From a virus (taxonomy: Duplodnaviria; Caudoviricetes): a stretch of 54,690 nucleotides of DNA. Location of the stretch: the IMG/VR virus record IMGVR_UViG_3300037246_000474, positions 1 to 54,690 of that record. One strand, written 5' to 3'. The first letter of the stretch is position 1. Every line of letters begins with the position of its first letter. Below, one piece after another: positions 53,379 to 54,690 of the stretch. The position numbers were made by a program, and so were the translations under genes. The notes beneath the pieces are model-generated. The model had not been told where the DNA came from and ran no database searches. It worked only from the letters and a program-made list of their open reading frames with translations.

Positions 53379-54670
53379 AATAATATCGGCCTCCCTGCAT
53401 CCGAAACACCTATACTTTCAACGGATTTAAACTTGCCTATCTTGCGTACTCCAGTTATGAATTCGTCAAGGTTGATAACCCCTGCGGCACCATAACTATG
53501 CGGAGGGAATTCCAGATAAAATACCTTACGTGCTTTCGAACATAATACCTCAAGTAAATCCCAAAAGTAATCTCTCCCGTTTCCTATGCTTGTCTGAGAG
53601 GACCCTTCTGGCGGTTTAATCAATGACCAGTGTATTACGCTCAACGCAGATATAACATCATACTCAGGAAGGTCTGCCGCACTTTGTAAGTCCAATACTA
53701 TGTTGAGGAATTTAGCCCTAGAGCCAAGATACTCACTTTGCATCTCTGCAAACACAACCATGTCCTTGTCGGCTTCTAATCCTGTCGTTTTAAAACCTTC
53801 GGCAAATGCCTGACAGAACCACCCAACATTACTTCCTATATCCAGCCACGTATCATCCTTCTGTAAACACTCTGGCATATTAGCGTTTATAATATTCTCT
53901 CTATCAACACATGCCCTGTTCGCAGGAACCAACTCTCCATAATCCTTATCATGCTTCTCTGTCTCTGTCCTTAATAAATGAGCATACTGTTCTACGAATA
54001 CAGGCTGATGAACATTCTTTAACTGCTGATACTCATGCGCCCACATAGCCTCTTCTGCGGAACCCCATATCTTGCCAATGTTTAAGTTGTTTGCCTTTGC
54101 AAGATGTGCCATACATGCCATCCATCCAGACCACGGAGTTGTGTCTTTGCCTTGATATATCCCATTCTCATCACACACACCATCCATGACAATTGCCTCT
54201 TCGTCTCCGTGATGATAGAATCGCATAACCCTATCCCAAGGCTCATCATTGAAATCAGCAAGCCTTACCTCTCCCTTGGCATTTATCATTATGTGTTGCA
54301 GTTTACATATCCACGGAATACCATGTTTGTATAATTGTCTTAACGTAATAAGGCTTACCACGGCTACCTCTATTGCCTGTTCTTCTACCATTTCAAGTGG
54401 GAGTTGGTGTAGTGGTTCTAGCATCATAAACTTCCCTAACTTAGCGTCTACTCCTATTCCTAAAAACTCAACAGTGTTAGGTATCTTGAGATTGTATGTA
54501 TGCACTTCCCTCTTCAACCTTGTTTCTGCTGACACTCCATACGAATCAATAGGAACCTTAAGCACAATATCTCTCTTCTCTATACCTATTTTTGCCCTGA
54601 GCAATTTACTCCCTTGCCCTTGAAACTCATTGGTGGTTACCTGTGAAATTGACATCAAACCCTCTGTCAT
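53366..54670 (-). CDS. kinase-like domain fused to class I SAM methyltransferase
   Basis: N-terminal IVLKVP...FMMLE...VRLADF; C-terminal LDIGSNVGWF...ALSVIHW; start may be 54655. Confidence 0.75.
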   Translation of the reverse strand: MTEGLMSISQVTTNEFQGQGSKLLRAKIGIEKRDIVLKVPIDSYGVSAETRLKREVHTYNLKIPNTVEFLGIGVDAKLGKFMMLEPLHQLPLEMVEEQAIEVAVVSLITLRQLYKHGIPWICKLQHIMINAKGEVRLADFNDEPWDRVMRFYHHGDEEAIVMDGVCDENGIYQGKDTTPWSGWMACMAHLAKANNLNIGKIWGSAEEAMWAHEYQQLKNVHQPVFVEQYAHLLRTETEKHDKDYGELVPANRACVDRENIINANMPECLQKDDTWLDIGSNVGWFCQAFAEGFKTTGLEADKDMVVFAEMQSEYLGSRAKFLNIVLDLQSAADLPEYDVISALSVIHWSLIKPPEGSSQTSIGNGRDYFWDLLEVLCSKARKVFYLEFPPHSYGAAGVINLDEFITGVRKIGKFKSVESIGVSDAGRPILLCQK

Positions 54671-54690
54671 CCTGTCTATATCATTCTTTA

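Noticed and set aside
6627-54690. Many + strand ORFs of 60-190 aa
   Set aside because: Antisense shadows of well-supported - strand genes, lacking SDs and motifs

Overview
The window holds most of a dsDNA tailed phage genome with podovirus-like morphogenesis genes (P22-like portal and coat, two adaptors, nozzle, ejection proteins). No integrase, small terminase or endolysin is visible here. Positions 1-6.6 kb on the + strand carry small early ORFs, a C5 DNA methyltransferase with repeated variable segments, and a structured leader in front of a stand-alone NrdD-type glycyl-radical-domain protein, which suggests an anaerobic host. Everything from 6.6 kb to the end is on the - strand. It comprises replication and recombination genes (primase-helicase, initiator, RusA, RecT, YqaJ), a counter-defence block (Rnl2-like ligase, RtcB, a NARP1-like Prs/Nampt pair, two HNH nucleases), 8 tRNAs (several atypical), a 2232-aa polyvalent protein, tail and head genes, TerL and a glycan-modification cluster. 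The best candidate for a new system is an RNA layer read directly from the sequence. At least six non-tRNA stem-loops end in NCCA. One of them (38546-38611) carries 17 nt exactly complementary to the SD+AUG of a late gene 3.4 kb away, and it can also pair with a recurrent GGGG-loop RBS hairpin found before two other genes and in the capsid leader. All protein calls come from motif recognition by eye; no searches or folding programs were run.
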